From NCBI GenBank assembly GCA_010093815.1, contig ML996576.1: a stretch of DNA of 64,000 bases. One strand, written 5' to 3'. The notes beneath the pieces are model-generated. The model searched no databases. It was not told the origin of the DNA and saw nothing but the letters and a program-made list of their open reading frames with translations. Each line of letters opens with the position of its first letter. The stretch's first letter is position 1. Positions 50,140-63,830 of the stretch are shown piece after piece. Source of the DNA: Pseudovirgaria hyperparasitica. Its lineage: Eukaryota. The translations under genes and the position numbers were made by a program.

Positions 50140-50889
50140 TGGACATGCTGCCAGTGACAGCGGCAGGACGTACCTCCAGTGACAGTAGCAGTACGTGGGC
50201 GAGAAGACGGATGATCCATAAATCCCCAGACATGCACGCACCCCCGAGGGCGTTAAAGTGACGCGGGGCAAGACAGGCACAGCCCTACCAACTGCTGCCT
50301 GCTTAGTAGTAGGTTGGGGGGAGTAGTAGCTGCTACTAGCTAGTATTGGTACTAGCGACGGTGGGCGGGTGTGCAATTAGTGGGTTGACTGGGCGTTGAC
50401 TAGCGAGAATGTGGCTTAGCTGCCCGCCGCCACTCGACCGCCTCACCTTTTCCAAGATTGATGGCTAGTAATTAATTACCTAGTAGGTCGGTAGAGGTGG
50501 GTGGGTAGCTAGCTTGGTATCATCATTCCTCCCCTGTCACTAGGACTAATAGAGGTGGATGAACTACTCTCTCTCTCTCTCTACTCATGTAGTAGTAATC
50601 AAGTAGTTGACTCGATAATCCACACCCCTCTGTCTCTCGCATCATGCATATGAGCAGCAGCAGTAGTAGCAGCAGCAGCAGCGGATGAGCGAGTGAGGCT
50701 GGTGAGCTTCTTCTTCGTGGCAGCCTGTCCGCCTGTCCGCCCTGAGCCGCCCTTTTTTGGCTACGGGGAGGAGAGGAGGAGGAGCGTGGCTGTAATACTG
50801 TACTGTAAAGTATCCTATCATTTAATACATCCACTAACTACTACTACTGCTGAGCTGTCTGCCTCTACCTATACACTCTTCGCTATCCA

Positions 50890-50994
<105 letters not shown>

Positions 50995-51528
50995 AACAAC
51001 AACTCACACATGCACATACACATTCTCTCCCATCCTCCTACATCTACTTCATAAACATCCATCTATCCCGCTTGTCTTCTTGTCTTGTTCTCTCTCCGCC
51101 TGCTGCTGCTGCTGTCATAGCTCGCTTCCCCCGACCCTGCCTGCTTGAGCCTCACAATCAACCCTTAAGCCCGTTATCGCCAAGCTACTACTACTACTAC
51201 CACCACCACCACCTCTCTCAACATTCTTTTGCTTGTTGCTTCACTGCACTGCACTCACTACACTACTACACTGTACTACACCACACCACACACACACTAC
51301 ACCTCCATACCCGCCTTCTTGATACATTCCTCTTCACTCATACTCACCCACAAAGACAACCATCCGCTACCACAACTGTCCTTCACCACCCTCTCTCTAA
51401 TTATCTTGTGTCCTCCACTCCCTATTAACGTCCAGACGACGTTATTCAAAAGAAAAAAAAAGGAAGAAACCCTGCTGCCTACCGCCCATCCTTTGCCTCA
51501 AATAGGCCCCTTCCCACCTCCCAACGAC

Positions 51529-54046
51529 ATGAGCGTTACCACCTCCCCGGCCACTCTTGATCCTCCACCGCTTCTCTTCCGCCAGCCTTCTCCTTCTCCA
51601 TTCAACGCCGCTCCGCTCTCTCCAAACCCCTCCGCCCACTCCGCCGACTCCTCACACTCGCACTCGCACTCCGACTCACACTCCCTCTCCGCAGCAAACA
51701 TGGCTTCCTTGCCGCCGCCCCCCGACGATCACGACCACGATATCGACATGACAACCTCCACAACACTACCTCGCCAAGATGGTCAAAATCACGACAGGCA
51801 AGACGCTGACATGGCCGGTGCCGAGGACACGGCTGGCTCTCCTGTGCTGCCTGCAGACGACTCCACTAGCAGCGGTCATGCTGATTCTGACGACGAGTCG
51901 GAGGATACCATGCCCAACGAGGAGGAGGAGGAGGAGGAGGAGCAGGAGGACGAGGACGAGGAAGAGGAGGATGTCATGGACACCACTCCAGATCTCACCC
52001 AGCTACACAACCTGCCCGCAGTCGTCGATGCTCATGCAGCCCACCATCCTCCTCCTCCTCCTCCTCCGACCATCAGTAGTATCGACGCTCAGACCCCAGC
52101 TTCCAATAATGTCCCTCCTGTTCGTGTCCCTTCCCCCCAACCACCACCCTCGGTCCCGCATCCTCCTCCCCCCGACGCTCATGTTGAGGATGTCGATGAG
52201 GCTGGAGACGACGACTTTTCCGACGAGGACCAGCTGCACTCCTGGCATCCCATACATGAAGACACCTCCGCCCCGGACGAGCGTGAATTACGCGATATTG
52301 AGGCCCATCCGGAGCATTCGGCGCTTGAGCGTGAGTGCTTGCCCCCTTCTTTTTTTTTCCCAATCACTTTGCTGACTGTAGGATTGCCCCTCCATAGATG
52401 AATACTGGGAGAAGAAGACGTTTACCGATCTCGATGATCCGGAATACATACCAGGTCCAACCGGCCGGATCGAATGGACTGTCCCCAAATACAATGGTTC
52501 CCGCGACTCGCCCAACAAAGAGCTGGTCATGCGCTCGCACGTCGTCCGCATCGGCGGCTACGATTGGCAAATCAAGTTCTATCCAAAGGGCAACGACACC
52601 GATCATCTCAGCGTTTACATTGATTGCCTCACCGTCACCCACCGTGCCCCCGCCGCCGCCGCCGCCGCCGCCGCCAAGCAGCAGTCCAGAGATGGGTCGG
52701 CCAGCAAGCTCGACAGGCCGGCTGACGAGCTCGACAACACTGGCACCACCACCACGCTCGAGACTCAATTCACGCCCTTGCCCCTCTTGGACACACAGCC
52801 GCTGCCGAAGAGACCCAGTGTGGCGGCACAGGCCTCGGTCGTCGTCTACAATCCCAACGAGCCGCGCGTACACTGCTTCCGCTCGTGTGCTCACCGCTTC
52901 TGCCCCGACTCTGCCGACTGGGGCTGGACGCGATACCATCCCATCTACGAGATCCACCATCGTCTGCACGGCCAGCGCCAAGCCCTCCTCCGCAACGACA
53001 CCCTGTCCTTTACCGCCTACATCCGCATCGTCGACGACCACACCGGCTGCCTCTGGGAGCATGGCACCACAGACAACAGCTGGGACTCCTTTGCCATGAC
53101 CGGTCTGCAATCCCTGTACGTGCCACGTCAGACTCCGGGCGGGAACCTGGTCTCGGCCGTCTCGACATGGATCCTCCTGAAGCCGTTTAGAGACCTCATC
53201 ACCCGCCTGGTCGTCCCCGACCCGTCAAGCCCGATCCTCGACCACCCGAAGCCCTTCATCGTCGGCTTCCAGTATGTCCTCTACCGCATGCGCACCCAGG
53301 TCCAGCCCCGCATCGGGAAGATAAACATAGACTGGATCACGTGGGGCTTCCGCTTCTATGGCATCTACCATAAGCTGGAAAAGATGGATGTCATTGAGAT
53401 TTGGGAGGTGCTCCGCACGAAGATGGAGCAGGAACTGCGCGGCACCTGGGCCGAGAATGCGCTGACGGAGATATTTGGCGAGAGACGGCAGTATGCCGCG
53501 CCTGCGCCCGCGCCCACCTACAAGATTCCGGTAAAGGGGCTTCACAGCATACAGGAAGCCGTCGATGCGTCTGAAAACATGCTCTCCGACACCCAGGAGC
53601 TGCCCCAGGTACTGACCCTTGAGCTTGCCAGGCAGCAATTCGACGTGCCCACCCGCACCTGGAACAAGCTCACAAACGAGGTCACCTTGGACGAGTCGAT
53701 CGTGGTACGCGGAACGTCCTGGACCTTGTTTGGTCTTGTCGCCCATTCGGGTGACCCCCAGTCTGGCCTGTACAAGTCGGTCCTTCGTCCAAACGGCCCG
53801 GACGGGGGGAAATGGTACAGCTACCTGGACTCGCGCGAGGAGTACAAGGTCGTGTGTCTGACCAGAAGGCAAGCCCTCACCGCGCACGAGGGTTCACGCT
53901 CAAAGTCTCCGAATTCAACCGTGGCATATGCCGTCATCTATATCCGAAACGACATGACAGAGTCTGCCTTTTTCGCGCCCGAGATTGCGTGGAAAGCTCC
54001 CGCCTGGATGCCTCGCGAGTCCATGGTCGACTGCGGCGACATGGGT

Positions 54047-54077
<31 letters not shown>

Positions 54078-54588
54078 CGCCGCCACCGCCACTACCACCA
54101 CCAACACCGCCTGTCGGACAAGGAGGGGACGACTACTCCTCCTCTACTACTACTACTATCACCTCTCCCTCCCCCTCCTCTGTAGATGCTCCGTGCGCAC
54201 TCATGGCTGTCGATTCGCGTGTATTCTCACAACACGAGGGTCCCGGCTTCTTTGACCCCTACGATCCGAAATGGAGACCCGAATCCTCCGATCTGATCCA
54301 CTCCATCCGCCTCAAGCCTTCCGACACCTGGAAGGTAATTGAATCGAAGCTGGCGTCCGTCTTTGGAGTACAGGACCCGCGGCAATGCAAGTTCTGGATC
54401 ATACGGGCGGGTTCGCGCGAAACCGAGCTGAGACCAAGTAGTACTGCCGCCATGCCCGATCACCTCGACGCGAGCGAGTCCTGGGTCCTGGGCAGATTGC
54501 TGGGCGATCCCATCAAGTACCAGTGGTGTATATGGGTCCACGTACTCAAACAGGAGGACCTCCCTCCACTGGCGCCGCCGCCGCCGTT

Positions 54589-54622
<34 letters not shown>

Positions 54623-55912
54623 ACAACACAAGGAACAGCAGCTTCCGCACAGATGGCTGCCGGAAATGCATTCAGCCGCGAGCGGACCATACCTCCGCCA
54701 CCACTACCACCACCACCACCACAAGCACCACCACCACCTGCTGCAGGAGCTGCTGATGATGAGCTGATGGGAGACGACAGAGTCACGGTTGCGGAAGACA
54801 CGCCCATGCGTGAGCCCCTCCAGGACGGTCGAGAGAATAATGCCGCCGCCGTTGTTCCAGCTCCCGTGGCCGTGGAAATAATACATACCGGTAATGGTCA
54901 GACGGCAGAACTGATGGCTCCCGTCCGAGATGCGGACATGGCAGACGTCCTACTGGCCGTGGCCGTGCCTCCGTCACCCCCCCCTGCTGGGGCTATTCTC
55001 GGTAATGGCCCCCCCCGGGCGGATGATCCAATTGCTCCGACTGTCGTCCCGCACCCGCCCAACTCCGCCACGGAGGTCTACTTCTTCTTGAAGTTTTTTG
55101 ATTATGAACACCAGCGTCTGGAGAGCCGCGGCTTCCATGCGGCGAGTAAATCTGCTCGTCTCGATACGGCCATCCTGAAGATTCTGGATCTGCCGCACGA
55201 TACCCCACTCAACATTGACGAGGAGGAAGACATTGTGACGGTAACGCCGCTGCGTGCCCGCCGCTCCTTTGAGCAGAACAAGGTCGATCGCCAGCGCAAC
55301 CGGCTTCCCATCCTCATCGCCTCACCCACCCTCACTGGCCCCCAGCGCATCGAGCTTGCCGCCCGCGGTGCCTTTTTCGACACACAAGCCCTGCTCCGTG
55401 CCCGGGCAAACGCGCGCAACTTTCCCGGCGTTGCCAACGGCCACTTTTCCTTTGCGCCCTTTGGCGGCGAGAGCTACGTTGGCGAGATCAAGCACCACCA
55501 CATGCACGGCCATGGCACGCGCGTCTACCACACCGGCAACTCGTATACCGGCGCCTTTGTGCTCAACCAGCGCCATGGCCACGGCGTCATGACCTTTCAG
55601 AACGGCGACACGTATACCGGCGAGTGGGCCGACGACCAGCAACACGGCCAGGGCACCTACATTGAAGCCAGCACAGGCAACACCTACGTCGGCGGCTGGC
55701 GGCACGACAAGAGGCACGGCGAGGGCGTCACGCACTGGAAGAGTGCGCAGGAGACGGAGAAGCTCTGTCGGATCTGCTGGGACGACGATGCCGAGGCGGC
55801 CTTTTACGACTGCGGGCACGTGGTGGCGTGTCTGCCGTGTGCCAGGCGGGTCGACGTGTGTCCCGTGTGTCGGAAGCGGGTGTTGAGCTGTATGAAGCTG
55901 TATTATGTCTAG
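51529..55912 (+). CDS. MATH + USP-like + MORN-repeat + C-terminal RING (C3HC4) protein
   Basis: MATH domain (IGGYDWQIKFYPKGN..DWGW), USP-like His-box region (LFGLVAHSGD), MORN repeats (YVGEIKHHHMHGHG, YTGEWADDQQHGQG) and RING CRIC..CGH..C..C..CPVCR. Intron about 52331-52398. Confidence 0.85.
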
Positions 55913-56300
55913 TAGTCGAGGGCAAACCCGACGAGCCGTTGTACTGTACAATCCCACCCACACACCCAACAAACCTGTCTCTCCCTCGATCAGTCAGCTT
56001 TCCCCCTCCCCCCCGCCAATCTCTCGAAACCCTCTCTCTCTCTCTCCCTCTCGCTCCCTTGATAGCGTTCTTTGAAGTTGACCTCCTCTCGGGCTCTCCT
56101 GCTGTATGTACTTGTAGTAGTAGTAGTAGTAGTAGGAGTAGTAGTGCTGGTAGGAGTAGTAAGCGTTTTTTGGTCCCTTCTTTTTTTCTTTTTGAGGTTT
56201 TCCATCATGTGCTCATTCCTCTCCCCTCTCCCCTCTCTCCCCACTCTCCCTCTCCCAAATGGGCAGACTGCTATTATTACCTTTTTTTCCTTTTATTCTC

Positions 56301-56371
56301 ACGGTCTTGAGTCTTACGGTCTTGAGTCTTACGGTCTTGAGTCTTACGGTCTTGAGTCTTACGGTCTTGAG
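56301..56371. repeat. 15-bp minisatellite (ACGGTCTTGAGTCTT) x ~4.7
   Basis: Perfect tandem copies visible. Confidence 0.95.
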
Positions 56372-57089
56372 GGGGGGCGGTTTGGGTCTTGGTATGGTTT
56401 CGGGGATGTTTTTGTTTTTTTGGGGAACTGAATACTCAGTTCCATGCCATGCCATGCCATGTCATACATAGCTAGACTGGAACTGAATATATGTGAAATG
56501 ACTGAGTGATTGAGTGATGAGGTGATTGAGTGATGAGGTGATGGAGTGGCCGAGTATGAATACACATACACATACACATACACGCACGGTGATGGTGATG
56601 GTGATGGTGATGGTGATGGGGAGGTGTCTGACTGGCTGGTTGGCTGGCTAGTTGGCTAGGGGCTAGGGTAAATGGATAAATGGACAAGGGAGCTGGCTTT
56701 GAGATATTTGGGGGATATTTGGGGGATATATGGAGGATATATGGAGGATATATGGAGGGTATATGGAGGGTATATATATATATATGTATACATTTACCAT
56801 GGATTTGGGTATGAATGTAAGTGTGAGTGTGAGTGTGATCGTAAGCATGAGTATATGATGTCTACAATGTTCAGCCTCTCTCTCTCCCTTTCTGTAAACT
56901 GTGAACTATGTACTGTGTGTACAGTCTAGTAATACAGACTGAAAGATTGATCGATCAAGGGAATGGGTAGGTAGGTATCAGACCCACCCACGATGATGGT
57001 CTTTTGATCTTTTGAAGTTTTTTTGGTGTTGTGAGTGACGCTTTCTGTCTCTCTCTTTATCTCTCTCCCTTCTCCTGACTCGTCTCCGT

Positions 57090-57374
57090 CCGTGTCTCTC
57101 TCTCTCTCCGTGTCTCTCTCTCTCTCCGTGTCTCTCTCTCTCTCCGTGTCTCTCTCTCTCTCCGTGTCTCTCTCTCTCTCCGTNNNNNNNNNNNNNNNNN
57201 NNNNNNNNNNNNNNNNNNNNNNNNNNNNNNNNNNNNNNNNNNNNNNNNNNNNNNNNNNNNNNNNNNNNNNNNNNNNNNCTCTCTCTCTCCGTGTCTCTCT
57301 CTCTCTCCGTGTCTCTCTCTCTCTCCGTGTCTCTCTCTCTCTCCGTGTCTCTCTCTCTCTCCGTGTCTCTCTCC
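57090..57374. repeat. 18-bp minisatellite (CCGTGTCTCTCTCTCTCT)n spanning an N gap (57184-57278)
   Basis: Identical units on both sides of the gap. Confidence 0.95.
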
Positions 57375-57543
57375 GGTCAGTCAGGTCAGTCAAGCCATGC
57401 CCATCGACGCCCCTTTCCCCACTTCCTCGGATCGATATTTACCAAGTCTCGTCTCATCTGCCTCATCTTATCTCATCTCATCCCGTCCCATCTCACGAAC
57501 GAGCATCATCAGCCCATTCAGTATAATCATCACCCACGACGCT

Positions 57544-57612
57544 GACAACCACGACAACCACGACAACCACGACAACCACGACAACCACGATAACCATGAC
57601 GATAACCATGAC
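57544..57612. repeat. 9-bp tandem repeat (GACAACCAC)n with degenerate tail
   Basis: Directly visible. Confidence 0.85.
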
Positions 57613-58000
57613 GATACCACCACCAACACCAACACCACAACCACCAAGCCACCCCGCGAGAACCCAAGAACCAAAAAACACACAAACGTCGACATTGCGT
57701 TTCGAGTCTTGACCACCGGAGCCGGGCGGGAGAGTAACTAACGTCCATGCTCGCTCCTCCTCTTATATTCGTCCCGTCAGTCGTTCGGTAGGTCAGTTAG
57801 TTAGTCAGTTAGTCAGTAATTCAGTCAGTCAGCCAGTCAGCCAGCATTCACACATCCACAGACAAATCCACAGACAAATCCACAGACAAACTCATCTCCC
57901 AGCTAATAGATCTGGCATTTGAATACTAGCTAGCCAAATATCTGAGCTCCCCCCCCCCTCCTCCTCCTCCTCCTCCTCCGCCCTCGTTGCCTACCATATG

Positions 58001-58056
58001 CATCATCATCATCATCATCATCATCACCATCACCACCACCACCACCACCACCACCA
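58001..58056. repeat. (CAT)n(CAC)n compound microsatellite
   Basis: Directly visible. Confidence 0.9.
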
Positions 58057-58554
58057 CGCAACATGCGATTCGAGCCTGACGAACCTCAAGCTCATACTCA
58101 AGCTCAAGCTCACACCCACATCACCCCACGGAACAAACCCCCCCTTCGTCATGCTCCCTTTCGTTCTAAAAAGTAAAAAAAAAAACCCAATTCGCTCGAG
58201 GCGTGACCTACTCCCCATGCCCCCCCCTTCTAAACACATTAATGGGAATCTCCGCGAAGCATAATGGGTTTCGGACGCATATGAGCAGCTTGACGGCTGA
58301 CTTTGGGTTGCGCCGCCAATCGGTGGTGTTGTACCGTTTTCGCTCCAGTGGTTTGGTCGGTGGCTGTGTATTAGGATTAGGGCGGTAATGTATTTATATT
58401 AGCCAAGCTGGTCATTGAAGCGACCCTCCCGATTGTCAGGAAGCCAGGTCGACGGGATTCAAAGATATAGGTTCCGGTCCGGGTCCAGTCCAGTCCAGTC
58501 CAGTCCGGGACGGGACCGCGATGAATCGACTTGCTCTGACGCTGTAATTAATGC

Positions 58555-60034
58555 TCAAAACCTACGTCAAGTCAGGGACAGCCCAAGTCCTCGCAGTCAG
58601 ATCCACACGTGCTTACCGTATCTCATAGTTTCCCGCCCTCGTCATGTACCGCACCCACTTGACGCTGCTGTAGTTGCTCTTCTCAAACACCTTCAAGTAC
58701 CGCACCAGCAGCCCGGAACTCGTAAACATGAGCAGGGAGAAACTCAGGCCCAGCGGCGGCCGGCTCCATGCCTTTTGGTTCGTCATGCTTGTCAGCTGGG
58801 CCTCTGCGCTGAGCACAAACTCGCTCTGGCCGGTGAACCGCGGAATCTTCCACACGACGTTGTTGGACTCGGGCTCGTATTTGGCCTTGCCTGTGCTCGA
58901 TCTCTCCGTGACCTTGGCCGTGTTCAGCGGCGTCGGTATGCGGACTACGACGTTTGTTGCAAAAAGCTTGGAGCTGTAATTGGCGCGGATCGCGATGCTG
59001 TACTCCACCTTCGTCTTCCCGACTTCGTTCACGATTGCCTGTACCTTGAAGGGCAAGTTCACATTCTCCGTCGCGCGATATCTCATCAGGTCGAATTCAC
59101 CGTCGGGCGGGACAAAGCTTATGATCCTGTCCGAGTCGAATTTGCCGAGCTTCACACACTGGTGGAACTGGCAGTCTTCCAAGGTAACGCTCCCTGCCGC
59201 TGCCCGGGTAGCCTTTGTTCCCGCGCGGTTCCCGGACGGCGGCTGTACATTCTCGTCACCGAGCGTGAGCCGATCGTTGAGGCCGAACTTGCACTCGGGG
59301 GTGCCGGAAAGATATGCGCGCATCACGATTTGTCCGTTCACGTCGGCGCGCAGAACCGTGCCTGTCGCCGACATGAGCAGATTGACGTCCTCGATGACAT
59401 CGACAAACGCTTCGTTTTTGCGGTATTTGATGTCAGCCCTCCGCCATGAGAGCGCCCCGGTGGCCTGCATCGTTATCTTCGACGAGTCCTCCTACATCAT
59501 GGTTAGCCCTTGCACTCTCGTCGTGTACTACTGCCCGCACCATGACCCTATCAGACTTGACCCCTTCCGTCGTGATGTACATCTTCAACGTGTCTGTCTC
59601 CGTGTTTTGAGGGTATCCAAAGTCCAAGATCTCTGTGCCGTTGTCAGCCCTACACCCCTTCCCCCCCAAGTCCAATTCCGCCAAGGCATAACCTTACCGT
59701 CTAGCAACTCATAAACCAGGACAAAGTTGTTCTTCACGGCCTCCTCGTCAAACTTGTTAAAGTATGCTTTGCCCAGTGCTATGAGGCGGTATAGGAACTC
59801 AAACACCAACGCCGCATTCGCATTGCTCTTTGTGACCGCAACCAGATAGATGTTTTCGTGTTTGACATGGCTGAAAGTCGTCGAGCCCAGTGTCAGGATT
59901 GGCGACCGCACCTGCGCATTCGATATCACCTGTATGCGGAAGACGTCGGCAAGGCGGGGACGGCAGTCGTTGCGGAACGCTCTGAAAATGAGGTTTTCGC
60001 CCTTTTGATTGAAGATGAGTATACCGGAGAGCAT
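58555..60034 (-). CDS. APM4: AP-2 adaptor complex subunit mu
   Basis: Motifs MLSGILIFNQKGENLIFRAFR, VKNNFVLVYELLD, ILDFGYPQ, SWRRADIKYRKNEAFVDVIE and FHQCVKL..ISFVPPDGEF. Last mini-exon gives YEIRF-TGA. Confidence 0.94.
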
Positions 60035-60465
60035 CTTGGGCAGGTGGGAGAAGCGACAGTCAAAAGCACACGAGAATCCGCCTAGACAACTTGGGAGCTG
60101 ATATATGGTCATGGCTGGCTGCTCCCCTGGAGGTAGCTGTTACCTCCGTCGGTGATATATCGGGTTAACTCACGTATCCGGATCTCATTCGAAGGGGTTC
60201 ACATAACAACACAGATGAAAGTGTTCCACATATCACACGTTCATCCTCTGCATACGCTTTGCATCGATTCATGCAATAAACAGGTGCATATCGTAACAAT
60301 GGTCGCTCCTAGGTGCTGTATACTGACGCAACGAAACTCTCATAGAAATTGGAAATGCATGATACAAGAATTGCTGAGCCGGAGGGATTTAGATAGAAGC
60401 CGGCTACAACGTTTGGCCACCAGCCGAAAGGTATCTCCCAGAATAACATCATCAATGCCTGCCAT

Positions 60466-61768
60466 TTATATCAAGTCCCTCTTTGTGAATTCGCTGTACA
60501 ACGTCTTGCCGAGAGATGCTGGGCTTCGCTCGACTACAACACCGGCGGCCTCGAGAGCGGTGATTTTGGAATTTGCATCTCCTTTGCCACCACTGACAAT
60601 CGCTCCAGCATGACCCATTCGGCGACCAGGAGGCGCAGAGATGCCGGCGATGAAGCTGACAACTGGCTTGTTCTCAGTGTTGTACTGCTTTAGGAAATCG
60701 GCAGCGTCCTCCTCAGCCGAGCCGCCAATCTCTCCGATCATGATGATTCCATCCGTTTCCTCGTCCTTGAGGAACACATTCAAGCAGTCAATAAAGTTGG
60801 TTCCAGAGAAGGGATCACCACCGATACCAACAACGAGTGATTGTCCTAGACCGGCCTGAGTGGTCTGATTGACGGCTTCGTAGGTCAGAGTTCCGGAACG
60901 AGACACGATACCGACGCGTCCACGCTTGTGAATGAAGCCGGGCATGATTCCAATCTTACATTGTCCCTGTCCGTAGCGTAAGCGTCCAACACCTAAAGTC
61001 CACGAACAAAGGCACCTACTGGAGCAATTATACCAGGGCAGTTAGGGCCGACAAGACGAGTCTTGCTTTGTGATTTCAGCATATCAGTAATGCGAACCAT
61101 GTCTAGTCGAGTCAGTTCAGATGTACGGCAAAACTGTGTCTTATCGCATACCATGCTGGGGAATTCCCTCAGTAATACTAGGGGCACTTAGCTTCTCACT
61201 TCAACCAGAAGATTATGTTTGACTGCTTACCAAACGACTAAGGGAATCTCTGCAGAGATGGCTTCTTCAATACCAGCAGCAGCCAATGGCGGACTATTAA
61301 TGTTAGCATCTGAGCATTGATCGCGCCTGTAGAGCTTCGTACGGAACGAAGATAGCTGATGCATTGGCTCCTGCTTGCTTTACAGCTTCTTCTACATTCT
61401 TAAAGACAGGCTTGCCAAGATGCTCCGTCCCAGCCTTCTTTGGGTTTGTGCCTCCGACAATGTTCGTGCCTGAGCAGTCTTTAGTTCATATGCGCATTGG
61501 ATGAAAGGGAGTCAGGTTTCAGTACCGTATTCGATAGCTTGTTGAGCATGGAAGCTGCATACTTGTCAGTAATGCTTCGCGTCAATTGGATTCTTTTTAC
61601 GTACGTTCCCTGACGACCAGTAAAGCCCTGGTAGACCACTTTGGTGTCGCCGTTTATCCTCAGATTCTGAACCGTTTGAGCATATTGCGAAGACCCAGTT
61701 GCGTAACCCTGCTTGCGGACAGCGCTCTGCACGGCAGAGGAAAGGGGACGACGGAAAGCCTGCATCAT
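60466..61768 (-). CDS. LSC1: Succinyl-CoA ligase alpha subunit, mitochondrial
   Basis: Motifs [45 protein letters not shown] and phospho-His motif RMGHAGA. Many short introns. Confidence 0.96.
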
Positions 61769-62047
61769 GAAGCTTGCCAGGAAACGGAACAGGCTCGAGA
61801 GGAAAGGAAACAGATGTTGAGTTCGGCGATCGTTGCGAGATGCGAGATACCCGAGGTGCGGTTGGTTTGAAGGTTTGTCACTTGCTCGTCGGAGGTTCCA
61901 TTCATGCCCGCAGCCTTAGCGTCGTTTTTCTAGATAAGTTTCGCCCTGGACAAGGTTTACCGCCGCCCAGACTTCAATCCATATATAACAGCACCATCAA
62001 TATTCGCGCATCCAAACAGCAAACAGCGCAAGTGCGCCCAGCACATC

Positions 62048-63830
62048 ATGGCCACAACGACCCTAACTGAGACTCGGACAAAGGCTCGAGGGCCGAAGCC
62101 AAAGAGCAATGTGAAATTGGCACCCGAGAACGAGCGTTACATGAGGGCATGCGCCGACATTGCCAGTGCCTTGATAGACGATTATGAGGCTCAGGCTGAC
62201 GGGTCAAAGCCTAAGAAGGACCTCAATCTTAATGCACTTCGAGGGCAAATTGCAAAGAAGCATTTCCTGAAGAGTCAACCCCCACTAACTGCTATCATCG
62301 CTGCCGTACCAGAGCACTATAAGAAATACATATTGCCAAAGCTAATAGCAAAGCCGATACGTATGCTACCACTGTTCTCTACTTGAGTTTGTACTGACTA
62401 CCTGCACAGGGACATCATCAGGGATAGCAGTTGTAGCTGTGATGTGCAAACCCCACCGGTGTCCTCACATATCTTATACTGGCAATATATGCGTGTATTG
62501 CCCCGGAGGTCCAGATTCAGATTTCGAGTATTCTACGCAGTCATACACAGGCTACGAACCGACGTCAATGCGAGCGATTCGTGCCCGTTATGACCCTTAT
62601 GAACAAGCGAGAGGAAGAGTCGACCAAATAAAGTCCCTAGGCCATAGTGTAGACAAGGTGGAGTACATTATCATGGGTGGCACCTTCATGTCATTGCCAG
62701 AAAGCTACCGAGATGAATTTATATCGCAGCTCCACAACGCCCTCAGTGGATATCAAACGAATAACGTAGACGAGGCCGTCGCCGCTGGCGAGATGAGTAA
62801 TATCAAATGCGTAGGCATAACCATAGAAACTCGCCCAGACTACTGCCTGGACCAACATCTCTCAGCTATGCTCCGCTATGGTTGCACACGTCTCGAGATT
62901 GGCGTGCAATCTCTCTACGAAGACGTCGCTCGAGATACAAATCGCGGCCACACCGTTGCCGCCGTTGCCGAAACATTCCGGCTGGCCAAAGATGCTGGCT
63001 TCAAAGTCGTCTCACACATGATGCCCGACCTACCCAACGTGGGCATGGAGCGCGACCTCGACCAGTTCCGCGAGTACTTTGAGAACCCAGCATTTCGCAC
63101 CGACGGCCTCAAAATCTACCCCACTCTCGTCATCCGCGGCACAGGGCTATACGAGCTATGGCGCACAGGGCGATACAAAAACTACACCCCAAACGCCCTC
63201 ATAGATCTCGTCGCGCGGATCCTAGCCCTCGTCCCGCCATGGACACGCATCTACCGCGTTCAGCGCGACATCCCCATGCCACTCGTGACCGCAGGCGTCG
63301 AGAACGGCAACCTACGCGAGCTCGCACTCGCACGCATGAAGGACTTTGGAACAACCTGTCGTGACGTGCGTACCCGCGAAGTCGGCATCAACGAAGTCAA
63401 GAACAAGATCCGACCCGCCCAGGTCGAACTTGTGCGTCGCGACTACTATGCGAACGGGGGCTGGGAGACCTTCCTAGCGTACGAGGACCCGAAGCAGGAT
63501 ATTCTTATTGCCCTGCTACGACTGCGCAAATGCAGCACGACGCATACCTTCCGGCCGGAGCTGACTGGCCAGCCGACGAGCTTGGTGCGTGAGCTGCATG
63601 TGTACGGGAGTGCTGTGCCGGTGCATGCGCGTGATCCGAAGAAGTTCCAGCACCAGGGGTATGGGACCTTGTTGATGGAGGAGGCGGAGAGGATTGCGCG
63701 GGATGAACATTGGAGTGAGAAGATTTCTGTCATTTCAGGCGTTGGGGTCAGGTCGTATTATGCTCGGCTCGGGTACTGGCTGGACGGACCATATATGTCC
63801 AAGATGATCGTTCAAGAAGACGACCCGTGA
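62048..63830 (+). CDS. ELP3: Elongator complex catalytic subunit Elp3 (radical SAM + KAT)
   Basis: [31 protein letters not shown] across intron 62361-62409, plus ETRPD, RELHVYG, FQHQGYG and [10 protein letters not shown]. Confidence 0.97.

Noticed and set aside
56301..57374. Regular repeats as a CRISPR-like array
   Set aside because: Units are head-to-tail with no unique spacers, there are no cas genes, and the context is eukaryotic.
56926..57526. Repeat-peptide ORFs (RRERET/TERERD, SLSVSL) as possible RiPP precursors
   Set aside because: Products of the 18-bp minisatellite; no signal peptide or Kex2 KR-delimited cores.
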